64,000 nt of DNA from an uncultured Verrucomicrobia subdivision 3 bacterium (GCA_903944085.1 CAJAQO010000198.1:3625-67624); one strand, 5' to 3'. Positions 29,101 to 38,279 are shown, counted from the first letter of the stretch. Notes: generated by a model not told the origin, from the sequence alone. Translations and numbers: made by a program.

Positions 29101-32100
29101 TTCGCGCTGGCGAATATAAGTGCGGGGAGACATAACGTGTTCGCGCGAGTGCTTTTTAACAACGGCAGCGTTGCAAATTCCAGCCCCATCAGTCTAGCTG
29201 TCATCAACCATTATTCTAATTTTGGCTTTGAAGCACCAAGTCTCGGATCTGGCAATTACGCCTACGCACCAATAGGCGGCTCCTGGACTTTCACCAGCAG
29301 CGCAGACGGAAATGGTTCAGGTATTGCCGCCAACGGTAGTGCGTTTGGCAATCCGAATGCTCCAGAAGGCACGCAGGCGGCTATGGTTCAAAGCTACGGG
29401 AGCATCAGTCAGACGCTGACGGGCTTTGCTCCGGGAACGAACTATACCATCACTTATTTTGTTGCACAACGGGGAACGGTGCAAAATGGCGGCGAGTCAT
29501 GGAATGTCGTCATTGACAATACTGTCATTAGTTCCAACAGTCCTGGTGCGACCAACTACACAAGTTACTCGGCCAGTTTTACAGCGGCGGCGGTGACACA
29601 TACCCTTTCCTTTGTTGGCACAGATTTGGCCACCGGCGATAATACCGTTTTCATTGACAACGTGGTTGTCAATCCACCGACCTCGCCCATCCTGATCCCC
29701 AATTTGACCACCAATACTTTGCCGGTAACGGCGGCGGATGTGGTGGGCAGCCAGGTGACCTTTATTGCAGCGTTTAGCAGCACCAATCCGATAACTTATC
29801 AATGGCAGAAAATTGCCAGCGGAATCGTTAATAATATTGTCGGGGCGACAAACACGATGTTGACGTTGACCAACCTGCAACTAATTGATGCCGCTTCCTA
29901 CCGGTTGCAGGCTTCGAATAGTTTGGGTATTGCGGTGAGTGCGGCGAGCCAGCTCATGGTCACCAATGTGCCCGTAGCGGTGAATAATGTCATCATCGCC
30001 TACGCCGCGCAAACTGGGCTGGGCAGCGCGCTCACGAATTTTGCCCCCACTTGGACCGTTGCGCCGGGAAGCCTGATCGCCGGCCAAACACCGAACAGTG
30101 TGGGTAGTGGCAGCTTCAGTCAAAACGTCGCCGTGCTGACCGACGGCGCTTTTGGTTGGCTAAATTACTGGCCGAATGTCGGCAGTAGTCCAACTGAAGT
30201 TACCTGCGGCACGAGTGCCGGCCAGTCGGCCACTTATACCCTGGGCAGTTCTGCCAGCGGCTATATTATTACCAACATCGTGGTCTATGGCGGCTGGGGA
30301 GATGCTGGTCGTGACCAGCAGGCCTATACTATCTTTTATTCTACGGTGGCGGCACCGACGAATTTCGTCTTGCTGGCAAGTGCTAATTTCAACCCCTCGA
30401 ATCCTAACGCCGTCCAGTCCGCGACGCGCGCGACGTTTAGCTCTTCGACCACCGGCCCACTGGCGACCAATGTCGCCGCCTTGATGTTTGATTTTACCAC
30501 GCCGGCGCCGGAAAACGGCTTCTGCGGCTATTCGGAAATTGATGTGTATGGAACGTCAATAAATCCCGCTTTAACCATGAACACGTCGCCGGTGACGGCT
30601 GCGGACGTGGTAGGCAGCCAGATAACATTCACAGCGGCCTTCACGGGCGTTGGTCCCTTGGCTTACCAGTGGCGGAAGATCAGTGGTGGGGTGACAAATA
30701 ATGTGGCTGGGGCGACGAATACAATTCTCACGCTCACTAATTTTACGCTGGCAAATACTGCTGCCTATCAGCTCCAGGCGTCCAATGCCTATGGCGTTGC
30801 CGTCAGCACACCAAGTTCGCTAACGGTATCCAGCGTGCCGGCGGCGGTGAACAATGTGGTTACCTCGATGGCCGCGCAGACTGGGAATGGCAGCGGCACC
30901 TTCACGCCGACTTGGACGGTGACAACTAATAGCAGTCTCATTGCTGGAAAAATGCCGAGCAACACGAATGGCAGTTTCACATTGGAAATTCCTGGGCGCA
31001 ACGTTGGCTCACTGACCGCTGGCGGCAATGGAGCGATCACAAAAATCGCCGGAACTTCAGGCAATACCACCAGCGTTAATTATGTGACCTGCGGAAACGG
31101 TGGTGGGGCAGGTTCATTAATTGTTTATACCTTGAACGGTTCCGCCAGCGGGTTTGACCTTACCAATATAATGGTTTACGGCGGTTGGGCGGATGCCGGT
31201 CGCGACCAGCAGGCTTATACGGTGTATTATTCCACGGTGGCGGCCCCGACGACTTTTATTTTATTAGGCAGCGTTAATTACAACCCTGCGAATCCTGTAA
31301 GGGCGCAATCCGCTACACGGGCGACGCTTACGCCAGCGACCGGCGTGCTGGCCAGCCGGGTGGCTGCCGTGAAATTTGATTTTACTACGCCGACTTCGGA
31401 AAACGGCTATTGTGGCTACGCGGAAATCAACTTAGCCGGGACACCTTCATCGCAGCCAGCAAAATGGGCCGTCGGTAATGGCAACTGGGATACTAATTCG
31501 CTGAACTGGAAGTTGCTGAGCGGCGGGAACGCCGTCAGCTACGTCGAAAATAATCTCGCGTCATTTGATGACAGTGCGACTGGTAGCAGTCCACTCACAG
31601 TGACGCTGACGGGTAATCACGCACCTAGCATCCTTACCAATAACTCGACAAAGAACTACATCTTAGCGGGCGGCTTTGGCCTTACCGATGGCCGCTTGGT
31701 CAAGGACGGTAGCAGCACCTTGGTGCTGGATAACAGTGGCGTCAATGGATTCAGTGGAATACTGATTAACAACGGCACGTTGCAGGTGGGAAGTAATGAT
31801 GCGAACGGCACGCTCGGAACCAGCGGCGTGACCAACAATGGACTGTTAATTTTTACACGCACCGACGCGTTCGCCGTGAACAATATAATTTCCGGCAGTG
31901 GTGCCGTGGTTCAAAATGGTAGCGGCGCGCTGGTTGTGGGTGCGTCTAACACGTATGCCGGCAATACGTTTGTCAATGCCGGCACACTGACGCTGACAGG
32001 ACTTGGCTCGATTTCTACAAGTGCAGTGCTAGTGATTGCCAGCGGCGCGACATTGGATGTGAGCGGGCGGAGCGACCAAACGTTGACGCTGAACATTGGG

Positions 32101-32691
32101 CAGACTTTGAAAGGCGGCGGGAGTATCAATGGAACGGTGAACGCCTTGACCGGTTCGATTCTCAATCCGGGAGATACTATTGGCACGCTGTTGGTGCAAA
32201 GCAACATTACTTTAAGCGGCCTGCTAGTGCTAGAAATAAACCGGACAAACGAACCGGCGAACGACGAACTGGTGAGTGCGGCGGGAACAATAGCCGGCGA
32301 GGGCACGCTCACGGTGACTAATTTGGGTCCGCCGCTACAGGCAGGTGACAACTTCAAGCTGTTCAACCAGCCGGTCAGCGGTTTTACCGTGGTGAACCTG
32401 CCAGAGTTGGGAAGCAACGCATGGGCTAATAATCTGGCGAACAATGGAACATTGACCGTGGTTTCGACTTCATCTCCGAACTTGATGGCGCAGGTGGCTG
32501 GAGGCAATCTGATGACGTTGACTTGGCCAGCGGACCACACGGGCTGGCGATTAGAGATGCAGACCAATGACGTGACGCAAGGTTTGACCACGAATTGGGT
32601 AGAGATTCTTGGCGCAACCACTACTAATCAGATAACCTTTCCCATCAATGCAACCGCAGGCACTGTCTTTTACCGCCTACTATTTCCATAA
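26182..32691 (+). CDS. Secreted multidomain metzincin metalloprotease: PPC, cadherin, FN3, 2 DUF642-like, Ig, 2 novel repeat domains, autotransporter-associated beta-strand repeats, C-terminal FYR domain
   Basis: AHEPGHTLGLSH zinc motif (~27235) plus APIMG Met-turn; YYVVSALNAGGES FN3; two GFE...PEGTQAA...GDNTVFIDNV modules; NTYAGNTFVNAGTL repeats. Confidence 0.8.
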   Translation: MKKGLLIVLCSVICIGGMFWWHDLLSRAEVVRRASVSLAGSVTARTNLPPVVAQAARIRSGSREMDLTVNPYAGGLRDPGKSKRKWEADYIESFLQAKSGDGVRFELTGGVMALGSIKMIQISGGKVTYVSGELSAPESGKFFFLTPPIGGKAGSAVGVAEFPGSKTAYRVEPTGPGGAPELWQRRLDEVICLDMPKVNAAAQAAAQAATNQTEDIPPLRPDMVSDYVPSYNANIVSLQSYPGSSAVLLLDFFGGYTPTWGGVIYARPPVDNPTIKDIWKRVAEDYMPFNINVTTDIKIYQAAPAASRQRCCFTTTPITAAGVAYEGSWNWGNDTPCWSVYYVGKPAAEVGAHEPGHTLGLSHETQDIPNGTNAPTHNEYFTGQGSGATGWAPIMGAAYYQPVTTWAKGEYLYAGNLQDQLNIIATANNNVTYRTDDTGSTLATSRYLEVYTNNSAFAEGVIEQTADTDAFQFTTTGGVVSLTANPVGDWADLAMMATLADATETIIASNNSQTVLSATITTNLPAGTYTFRVTGAGRNDPVTNGFSNYASLGYYSVTGTVTGARQPTRLSVAEHATNNTLVGSVPANNPNGSPLAYGISSGNTGATFSVDNSGVVRVSNNTLLDYYKLASNTMYAMQFELFMNITNVNNPALTELNRRVVIAVLQLYPPVPAALTAAADSSLRIDLSWMGGQAATSYYVKRSTIHGGPYATVASPTDVNYTDGGLTNGVTYYYVVSALNAGGESSNSLEASAMAQAVADYGFEISSIGSGNYSYNPNGSFWTFSGTAGNGSGIVANGSGFSNPNAPEGTQAAFIQEYGSVTQTLAGFTPGTNYTISYSAAQRSGAGQNGGESWNVVIDGNVIKANSPGSTSYSTYTATFTATATTHTLAFVGTDLVGGDNTVFIDNVRFSPVLQPAPASVVLASPANNAAFDISAPINLTATVTTNENIINGVQFYMDTITLLGQITNAPYTFALANISAGRHNVFARVLFNNGSVANSSPISLAVINHYSNFGFEAPSLGSGNYAYAPIGGSWTFTSSADGNGSGIAANGSAFGNPNAPEGTQAAMVQSYGSISQTLTGFAPGTNYTITYFVAQRGTVQNGGESWNVVIDNTVISSNSPGATNYTSYSASFTAAAVTHTLSFVGTDLATGDNTVFIDNVVVNPPTSPILIPNLTTNTLPVTAADVVGSQVTFIAAFSSTNPITYQWQKIASGIVNNIVGATNTMLTLTNLQLIDAASYRLQASNSLGIAVSAASQLMVTNVPVAVNNVIIAYAAQTGLGSALTNFAPTWTVAPGSLIAGQTPNSVGSGSFSQNVAVLTDGAFGWLNYWPNVGSSPTEVTCGTSAGQSATYTLGSSASGYIITNIVVYGGWGDAGRDQQAYTIFYSTVAAPTNFVLLASANFNPSNPNAVQSATRATFSSSTTGPLATNVAALMFDFTTPAPENGFCGYSEIDVYGTSINPALTMNTSPVTAADVVGSQITFTAAFTGVGPLAYQWRKISGGVTNNVAGATNTILTLTNFTLANTAAYQLQASNAYGVAVSTPSSLTVSSVPAAVNNVVTSMAAQTGNGSGTFTPTWTVTTNSSLIAGKMPSNTNGSFTLEIPGRNVGSLTAGGNGAITKIAGTSGNTTSVNYVTCGNGGGAGSLIVYTLNGSASGFDLTNIMVYGGWADAGRDQQAYTVYYSTVAAPTTFILLGSVNYNPANPVRAQSATRATLTPATGVLASRVAAVKFDFTTPTSENGYCGYAEINLAGTPSSQPAKWAVGNGNWDTNSLNWKLLSGGNAVSYVENNLASFDDSATGSSPLTVTLTGNHAPSILTNNSTKNYILAGGFGLTDGRLVKDGSSTLVLDNSGVNGFSGILINNGTLQVGSNDANGTLGTSGVTNNGLLIFTRTDAFAVNNIISGSGAVVQNGSGALVVGASNTYAGNTFVNAGTLTLTGLGSISTSAVLVIASGATLDVSGRSDQTLTLNIGQTLKGGGSINGTVNALTGSILNPGDTIGTLLVQSNITLSGLLVLEINRTNEPANDELVSAAGTIAGEGTLTVTNLGPPLQAGDNFKLFNQPVSGFTVVNLPELGSNAWANNLANNGTLTVVSTSSPNLMAQVAGGNLMTLTWPADHTGWRLEMQTNDVTQGLTTNWVEILGATTTNQITFPINATAGTVFYRLLFP

Positions 32692-32711
32692 ACACAAACT
32701 ATAAAATAAAA

Positions 32712-35654
32712 ATGAACCAATCAAGACACATTCTGATTTTGGGAGCGAGTTTGCTGGCCGGCCTCTGTTCGGCGGCGGTCACCCCGAAAAATCTGCGCTG
32801 CGAATATCTGACCGACCCGCGCGGCCTTGAGGCCGTCAGTCCACGCCTAAGTTGGATCCTGTCCTCGGACCAACGAGGTGAGCACCAGACCGCGTTTCAG
32901 ATTCTGGTAGCTTCCTCGCGTGAATTGCTCTACGCGGACACCGGAGATCTCTGGGACAGCGGCAAGGTGGCGTCCGATGAAAGTTTGCAGATTGGTTATG
33001 CGGGCAAAACCTTGGTTTCGCGGGAAAGCTGCTTTTGGAAAGTGCGGGCTTGGGATCGCGACGGTCATGCCGGCGCCTGGAGTCCCGGCGCGCAATGGCA
33101 GATGGGCTTGCTGGAGCCAGCGGATTGGAGCGCCAAATGGATTGCGCCAAAAGTCCCCGCTGCAACTTTGGCCACGCCGCTGATCATTCACCGGGCAACT
33201 TATGAGGCAATTGCGGAGGGGCGAGCAGCAGATGTGACCGCTGTCTTGACGAATCACGTCGCCCAAGGACGTTTAAAAATTGTGGTCAATAACAAGACCA
33301 TGGGAGTTGATCCCGCTTATAACTTGGTGAAACGTTTGCGAGTAGAATACGAGTATGGCGGGCAGTCGTTCCAAAAAGAAGTGAATGAGAACCAGACTTT
33401 GATGTTGCCGGGAGCATCATCATCCTTGCCGTATCTGCGGAAATCTTTTGAATTGAAAGCCCCGGTGCAACGGGCGGTTCTTTATGTCACGGCGCTGGGT
33501 TTGTATGAAGTGCATATTAATGGCCAGCGGGTCGGAGACCATGTGCTCGCGCCCGATTGGACGGACTATCGTCAACGGGTGCGTTATCAGGCTTACGATG
33601 TCACGACACTGCTGAAACCCGGCGGCAATGCGGTCGCCGCGCTGCTGGCCAACGGCTGGTTCAGTGGCCACATTGGCAATGGCGGCAATGAATTTTTCGG
33701 CAAAGAGCCGGCCTTTCTGGCGCAGTTAGAAGTCACCTACGCGAATGGTCAAACGGATAAAGTTACAACCGATGACACTTGGAAATCGCACGACAGCCCG
33801 ATTCTATCTTCCGATTTCATGTTGGGGGAAGACTATGATTCGCGGTTGGAAGTTAAGGGCTGGGACCGGGTAGGCTTGGACGAAAGCCAGTGGGTCCCGG
33901 TCGGAGTGCGTGATGAATCTTCCCGCAAATTGGAATCGCAAGTGATGGAACCCGTGCGCCAACTCAGCGAATTGAAACCGAAAAAGATTACGGAACCTAA
34001 GCCCGGCTGCTGGGTTTATGATTTGGGCCAGAACATGGTGGGCGTCGTTCGGCTGCAAGTATCCGCACCGGCCGGCACGCGGATAACTCTGCGTCATGCG
34101 GAGATGCTCAATCCTGATGGCACGATTTACACTCAGAATTTGCGCGGGGCGCCGTCCGTGGATCATTATGTCTGCACCGGCACCGGCGCGGAAAGCTGGC
34201 AGCCGCGTTTTACCTTCCACGGCTTTCGCTATGTGGAAATTACCGGACTAACCAAGCCGCCGACATTGAAGACGGTCACGGGAATTGTTATTGGTTCCGA
34301 CAACTCACAGACTGGCGAGTTTGCCTGTTCCGATGCCCGCCTCAATCAGCTTCAGTCTAACATCCAATGGGGGCAGCGCGGCAACTACATCAGCATTCCC
34401 ACCGACTGTCCGCAACGCGACGAGCGCTTGGGTTGGATGGGCGATGCCGAAGTGTTTATCCGCACCGCGACTTACAATGCGGATGTCGCGTCGTTCTTTA
34501 CCAAATGGCTGGTGGATGTGGACGATGGGCAAACCGCCGCCGGATCGTTCAGCGATGTGAGTCCCGATACCGGCGGCAGCGGCGGCGTTCCGGCTTGGGG
34601 CGATGCCGGCGTTATCTGTCCTTGGACTATCTATGAAGTGTATGGTGACAAGCGGATTTTGGAACGGCATCTGCCGGCGATGACTCGGTGGGTGGAATAT
34701 CTGCGCCGGCACAGCAACAACCTGATTCGTGACAAGGATCGCGGGAACGATTATGGAGACTGGCTGTCCATTGGTGCGGATACGCCCAAGGATTTGATAG
34801 GGACGGCATTTTTCGCCTATTCCACTCACTTGCTGGCCAAGTCATGCCACGCACTCGGACGAGTGGAGGAAGCGGATAAATACGACCAGCTCTTTGCGGA
34901 TATCAAGACCTCTTTCAACCAGCGCTATGTGGCGGCTGACGGTCGTATCAAAGGCAATACGCAATGTGTTTATGCTCTGGCGCTGAAATTCGAACTGCTG
35001 CCCGCAGAACTCCGGCCCAAGGCCGCGCAGTATCTCGAAGACGACATCAAGGCCAAAGGTAACCACCTTTCAACTGGCTTTGTCGGTGTCAGCTACTTGC
35101 TGCCGGTGCTCACGGAGGCCGGCAAGGCGGAAACCGCCTATGAACTGCTGCAGCAGGATACTTTTCCGTCCTGGCTGTTCTCCGTGAAACACGGGGCCAC
35201 CACGATTTGGGAACGGTGGGATGGCTGGACGCCTGAAAAAGGATTTCAAGATCCGGGCATGAACTCGTTCAACCATTATTCGCTGGGTTCCTGCGGCGAA
35301 TATTTGTTCGGCGGCATTGGCGGCATCCGGCCAGCCAGTCCTGGCTTCAATACCATTCTCATTGATCCTGCCATTCGCCCTGGCCTGACTTGGGCTAGAA
35401 CCAGCTATGACTCCATTCACGGTAAGATTGCCACCGCGTGGAAACAGGAAGGCAACCGGCTGACGCTGGATGTCGTCGTGCCGGCGAACACGACCGCTAC
35501 CGTCTGCATTCCGGGCAGTGACCTGGCTGACGTCAAGGAAAGCGGCACGCCCGTGGAGCACGCCAAAGGGGTGAAATATTTGCGTTCGGATAATGACCGG
35601 CTCCTGTTCCAAGTTGGTTCCGGAACTTACCGGTTTGTTTTCGAAAAGAAGTAA
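32712..35654 (+). CDS. GH78 alpha-L-rhamnosidase (probably periplasmic) with SUEL-like insert
   Basis: Signal peptide; YDLGQNMVG, FTFHGFRYVEI, DCPQRDERLGWMGD, TTIWERWD, MNSFNHYSLG. Confidence 0.93.
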   Translation: MNQSRHILILGASLLAGLCSAAVTPKNLRCEYLTDPRGLEAVSPRLSWILSSDQRGEHQTAFQILVASSRELLYADTGDLWDSGKVASDESLQIGYAGKTLVSRESCFWKVRAWDRDGHAGAWSPGAQWQMGLLEPADWSAKWIAPKVPAATLATPLIIHRATYEAIAEGRAADVTAVLTNHVAQGRLKIVVNNKTMGVDPAYNLVKRLRVEYEYGGQSFQKEVNENQTLMLPGASSSLPYLRKSFELKAPVQRAVLYVTALGLYEVHINGQRVGDHVLAPDWTDYRQRVRYQAYDVTTLLKPGGNAVAALLANGWFSGHIGNGGNEFFGKEPAFLAQLEVTYANGQTDKVTTDDTWKSHDSPILSSDFMLGEDYDSRLEVKGWDRVGLDESQWVPVGVRDESSRKLESQVMEPVRQLSELKPKKITEPKPGCWVYDLGQNMVGVVRLQVSAPAGTRITLRHAEMLNPDGTIYTQNLRGAPSVDHYVCTGTGAESWQPRFTFHGFRYVEITGLTKPPTLKTVTGIVIGSDNSQTGEFACSDARLNQLQSNIQWGQRGNYISIPTDCPQRDERLGWMGDAEVFIRTATYNADVASFFTKWLVDVDDGQTAAGSFSDVSPDTGGSGGVPAWGDAGVICPWTIYEVYGDKRILERHLPAMTRWVEYLRRHSNNLIRDKDRGNDYGDWLSIGADTPKDLIGTAFFAYSTHLLAKSCHALGRVEEADKYDQLFADIKTSFNQRYVAADGRIKGNTQCVYALALKFELLPAELRPKAAQYLEDDIKAKGNHLSTGFVGVSYLLPVLTEAGKAETAYELLQQDTFPSWLFSVKHGATTIWERWDGWTPEKGFQDPGMNSFNHYSLGSCGEYLFGGIGGIRPASPGFNTILIDPAIRPGLTWARTSYDSIHGKIATAWKQEGNRLTLDVVVPANTTATVCIPGSDLADVKESGTPVEHAKGVKYLRSDNDRLLFQVGSGTYRFVFEKK

Positions 35655-35692
35655 AAGCAAATCCAGCCAATCAAATTGGCCGACACAACTTG

Positions 35693-35721
35693 AGCCTTCG
35701 ATTTAGATCAATCGCAAGGCT
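35693..35721. terminator. Imperfect stem-loop after GH78 gene
   Basis: AGCCTTCGATT-TAGATC-AATCGCAAGGCT; no clear U-tract. Confidence 0.3.
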
Positions 35722-35868
35722 TGGAAACTGGCTGTGTTTTTGATGTGCCATTGGCGCTGAGAACGAAGGACCTGATCTTTCCGTGAATTTATGCGACTAA
35801 CCTGCGAGCCGCTAAATAACTTTTGGCTGAAGTCTTGCATTTATCAAGGCAAAGCTCTACCAAGGGAA

Positions 35869-38187
35869 ATGCGCTTTTGTTACTTGTTGCTTACCGGCCT
35901 GCTTGGAAGTGGATTGAGCGCGGCGGCTGACTCCAATCCGCCGATTGACCGTCATGCGCTGGTCGCCCGGCATGACATTGACTGGCCCAGCCGCAATGGC
36001 CAGATGCCTCTGGGCAACGGCAATTTTGCCTTCAATGCTGACGGCACTGGTTTGGAGACCGTCGGCGGCAATACCATGTGCCATTGGTGCTGGCACAGCT
36101 TTCCGCTTCCGCCGGGCGTGACGCAAAACGAAATCAAGCCGTGGGCGACTCCGGATCGCGGGCGCTTGACAACGATTACCACGCCGGAGTCCCGACCGAT
36201 TTATGATTGGGAGCGCCTGAATCCGCAGCCGCTGAACTTGGGTCGGATCGGTTTCGTCAATCAGGAAGGCGAGCGCTTGACGGCGGCGGATGTGCGGATG
36301 GATTCACGTCGTCTTGAATTATGGTCTGGCATATTGACAAGCCGTTTTACTTACCTCGGCCAGCCGGTTTCGGTGCAAACATGTGTTGATCCCAAAAGCG
36401 ACACCGTGGCGGCGAAGGTAGAATCGGTTTTGTTGCGTGCCGGCCGGTTGCAGGTGATGCTGGATTTTCCGGCGCCGGCGCAAAATGTTGGTGCCTGGGT
36501 AGGAAATTATTCCCAAGCCGCCGGTCATCAGACGAGCATTGTTCGCCAAACTCCTAACCGGCTCCAATTGCACCGCACGATTGATGATGTCCAATATGAG
36601 GTTGTCCTAACTGGTCAAGGGTTTGCCACGAGCCGGCCAATGGCCATTCAACCGGAGATTGAAAGCGCCCGTTATGGTGCCGATGGCGGTGGCTGGACCA
36701 ATGTCACCGCCCAAGTGGCAGGCTCGCTGCGGGACCACGAAACCGTGACCGCCAACAATGAATTGTGCGGCGATCCAGCGTTGAATCACCCCAAACATCT
36801 TGAGATCAAATACCGTGTTGACGGAAATGAGCGGATTAAGAGTCTCTCTGAAAATGAAGCTTGGAACATTGGTTCGTCGCCTCACCGATTTATCCTGACT
36901 CCGAATGCCGGAACTGATGGTATTAATTTTACCTGTTACTTCGGAACCAATGCTGCCGAGGCCGGCACGACTGGTTTTGAGCGGATCAAGTCGGCGTGCG
37001 TTGTTTCATGGCGGGCGTTCTGGAACAGCGGCGGAGCCATTGATCTGTCCGGGAGCCGAGATCCACGCTGGATGGAGTTGGAACGCCGCATCGTGCTTTC
37101 GCAATATGAACTGGCGGCGCAATCGGCGGGCGACAATCCGCCTGCCGAAGTCGGATTGACCGGCACTGACCCTTGGGATGCCAAGTGGCACTTTGAAATG
37201 ATCTGGTGGCATCTGGCGCACTACGCGCTTTGGGACCGGTGGCCAATGGCCGAAAAAGCGCTCTCGATTTATTCGCGCGTGACTCCCGTGGCCAGAGCCA
37301 TCGCGACCAATTTTGATTATCAGGGCTTGATGTGGCCCAAATCCACCGGCCCCAATGGTTACAACGATGGATTTCCTCCCGAGATGGCATTGCTGTGGAA
37401 AGAGCCGCATCCGATCTTCTTCGCCGAACTGGATTACCGGCTGCATCCAACGCCGGCGACTTTGGCCAAGTGGAAGAACATCGTTTTCGGCACCGCTGAC
37501 TTCATGGCGGATTACCCGCAGCGGGATGCGATCACCGGACAATATAATCTCGACCCCGCCTGGCCTGCCAGCGAAGGTCACGTCCGGCCGTTGCGGCGAA
37601 ACACCATTTTCGAACTGGCTTATTGGCGCGTCGGACTCAACCTCGCGCAACAATGGCGGCTGCGCTTGGGACTGCCGCGCGAGCCGCATTGGGATGAGGT
37701 CGTCAGCCAGCTCGCGCCGCTGCCGCAGAAAGATGGTCTTTATATTTTCAGCGATGACCGGCCCGACACGTTCACCACCCGCACCTTTGACCATGTTGAC
37801 AACATCGGCATTGCCGGGATGCTGCCGCCGTTCCAGGGTTTTGATCCCGCGACGGCCCGGCGCACGGTGGAAGAAGTGGGCCGGAAGTGGAACTGGGATG
37901 CGACGTGGGGCTGGGATTTTCCGTGGATGGCCATGGCGGCGGCCCGCGTGGGCGATCCCAAACTGGCGGTGGATGCGCTGCTGAATGCCTCGTTCAAGAA
38001 TCATTACGACGAGCGGGGTATTTGCACCGGTGGCCCCGGACCGTATCTGCCCGGCAACGGCGGTCTGCTTTATGCCGTGGCCATGATGGCCGCCGGCTGG
38101 GACGGTGCGCCCAACCGCAATACGCCAGGCTTTCCCGCCGATGGTTCGTGGACCGTGCGCTGGGAAGACCTGAAACCCGCACCTTGA
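35869..38187 (+). CDS. Unclassified six-hairpin glycosidase-like protein (GH65/GH95-like) with SUEL-like insert
   Basis: Signal peptide from ATG 35869; IDRHALVARH, LGNGNFAFNADGTGL, ELERRIVLSQY, WDAKWHFEMIWWH, TWGWDFP, YLPGNGGLL. Confidence 0.7.
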   Translation: MRFCYLLLTGLLGSGLSAAADSNPPIDRHALVARHDIDWPSRNGQMPLGNGNFAFNADGTGLETVGGNTMCHWCWHSFPLPPGVTQNEIKPWATPDRGRLTTITTPESRPIYDWERLNPQPLNLGRIGFVNQEGERLTAADVRMDSRRLELWSGILTSRFTYLGQPVSVQTCVDPKSDTVAAKVESVLLRAGRLQVMLDFPAPAQNVGAWVGNYSQAAGHQTSIVRQTPNRLQLHRTIDDVQYEVVLTGQGFATSRPMAIQPEIESARYGADGGGWTNVTAQVAGSLRDHETVTANNELCGDPALNHPKHLEIKYRVDGNERIKSLSENEAWNIGSSPHRFILTPNAGTDGINFTCYFGTNAAEAGTTGFERIKSACVVSWRAFWNSGGAIDLSGSRDPRWMELERRIVLSQYELAAQSAGDNPPAEVGLTGTDPWDAKWHFEMIWWHLAHYALWDRWPMAEKALSIYSRVTPVARAIATNFDYQGLMWPKSTGPNGYNDGFPPEMALLWKEPHPIFFAELDYRLHPTPATLAKWKNIVFGTADFMADYPQRDAITGQYNLDPAWPASEGHVRPLRRNTIFELAYWRVGLNLAQQWRLRLGLPREPHWDEVVSQLAPLPQKDGLYIFSDDRPDTFTTRTFDHVDNIGIAGMLPPFQGFDPATARRTVEEVGRKWNWDATWGWDFPWMAMAAARVGDPKLAVDALLNASFKNHYDERGICTGGPGPYLPGNGGLLYAVAMMAAGWDGAPNRNTPGFPADGSWTVRWEDLKPAP

Positions 38188-38250
38188 AAACCCCAAAAAC
38201 TGTCCGATAAATCGGGGGATTAAACGCGGGAAAAAACGGTATCATTTTTA

Positions 38251-38279
38251 TTGACATTGTGATCTAGTTTTCCTAATCT
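38251..38279 (+). promoter_or_regulatory. Sigma70-type promoter candidate
   Basis: TTGACA-N17-TAATCT in the AT-rich spacer upstream of the 38532 gene. Confidence 0.5.

Noticed and set aside
4900-31210. Thioester-domain idea from the conserved TCG cysteine and GRDxQ glutamine
   Set aside because: Cys and Gln do not co-vary: copy 1 of the 12956 protein lacks the Cys and copy 4 lacks the Gln.
38190-38220. Possible third copy of the response-regulator operator (…ATCGGGGGAT)
   Set aside because: Only a right half-site matches; there is no tandem arrangement.
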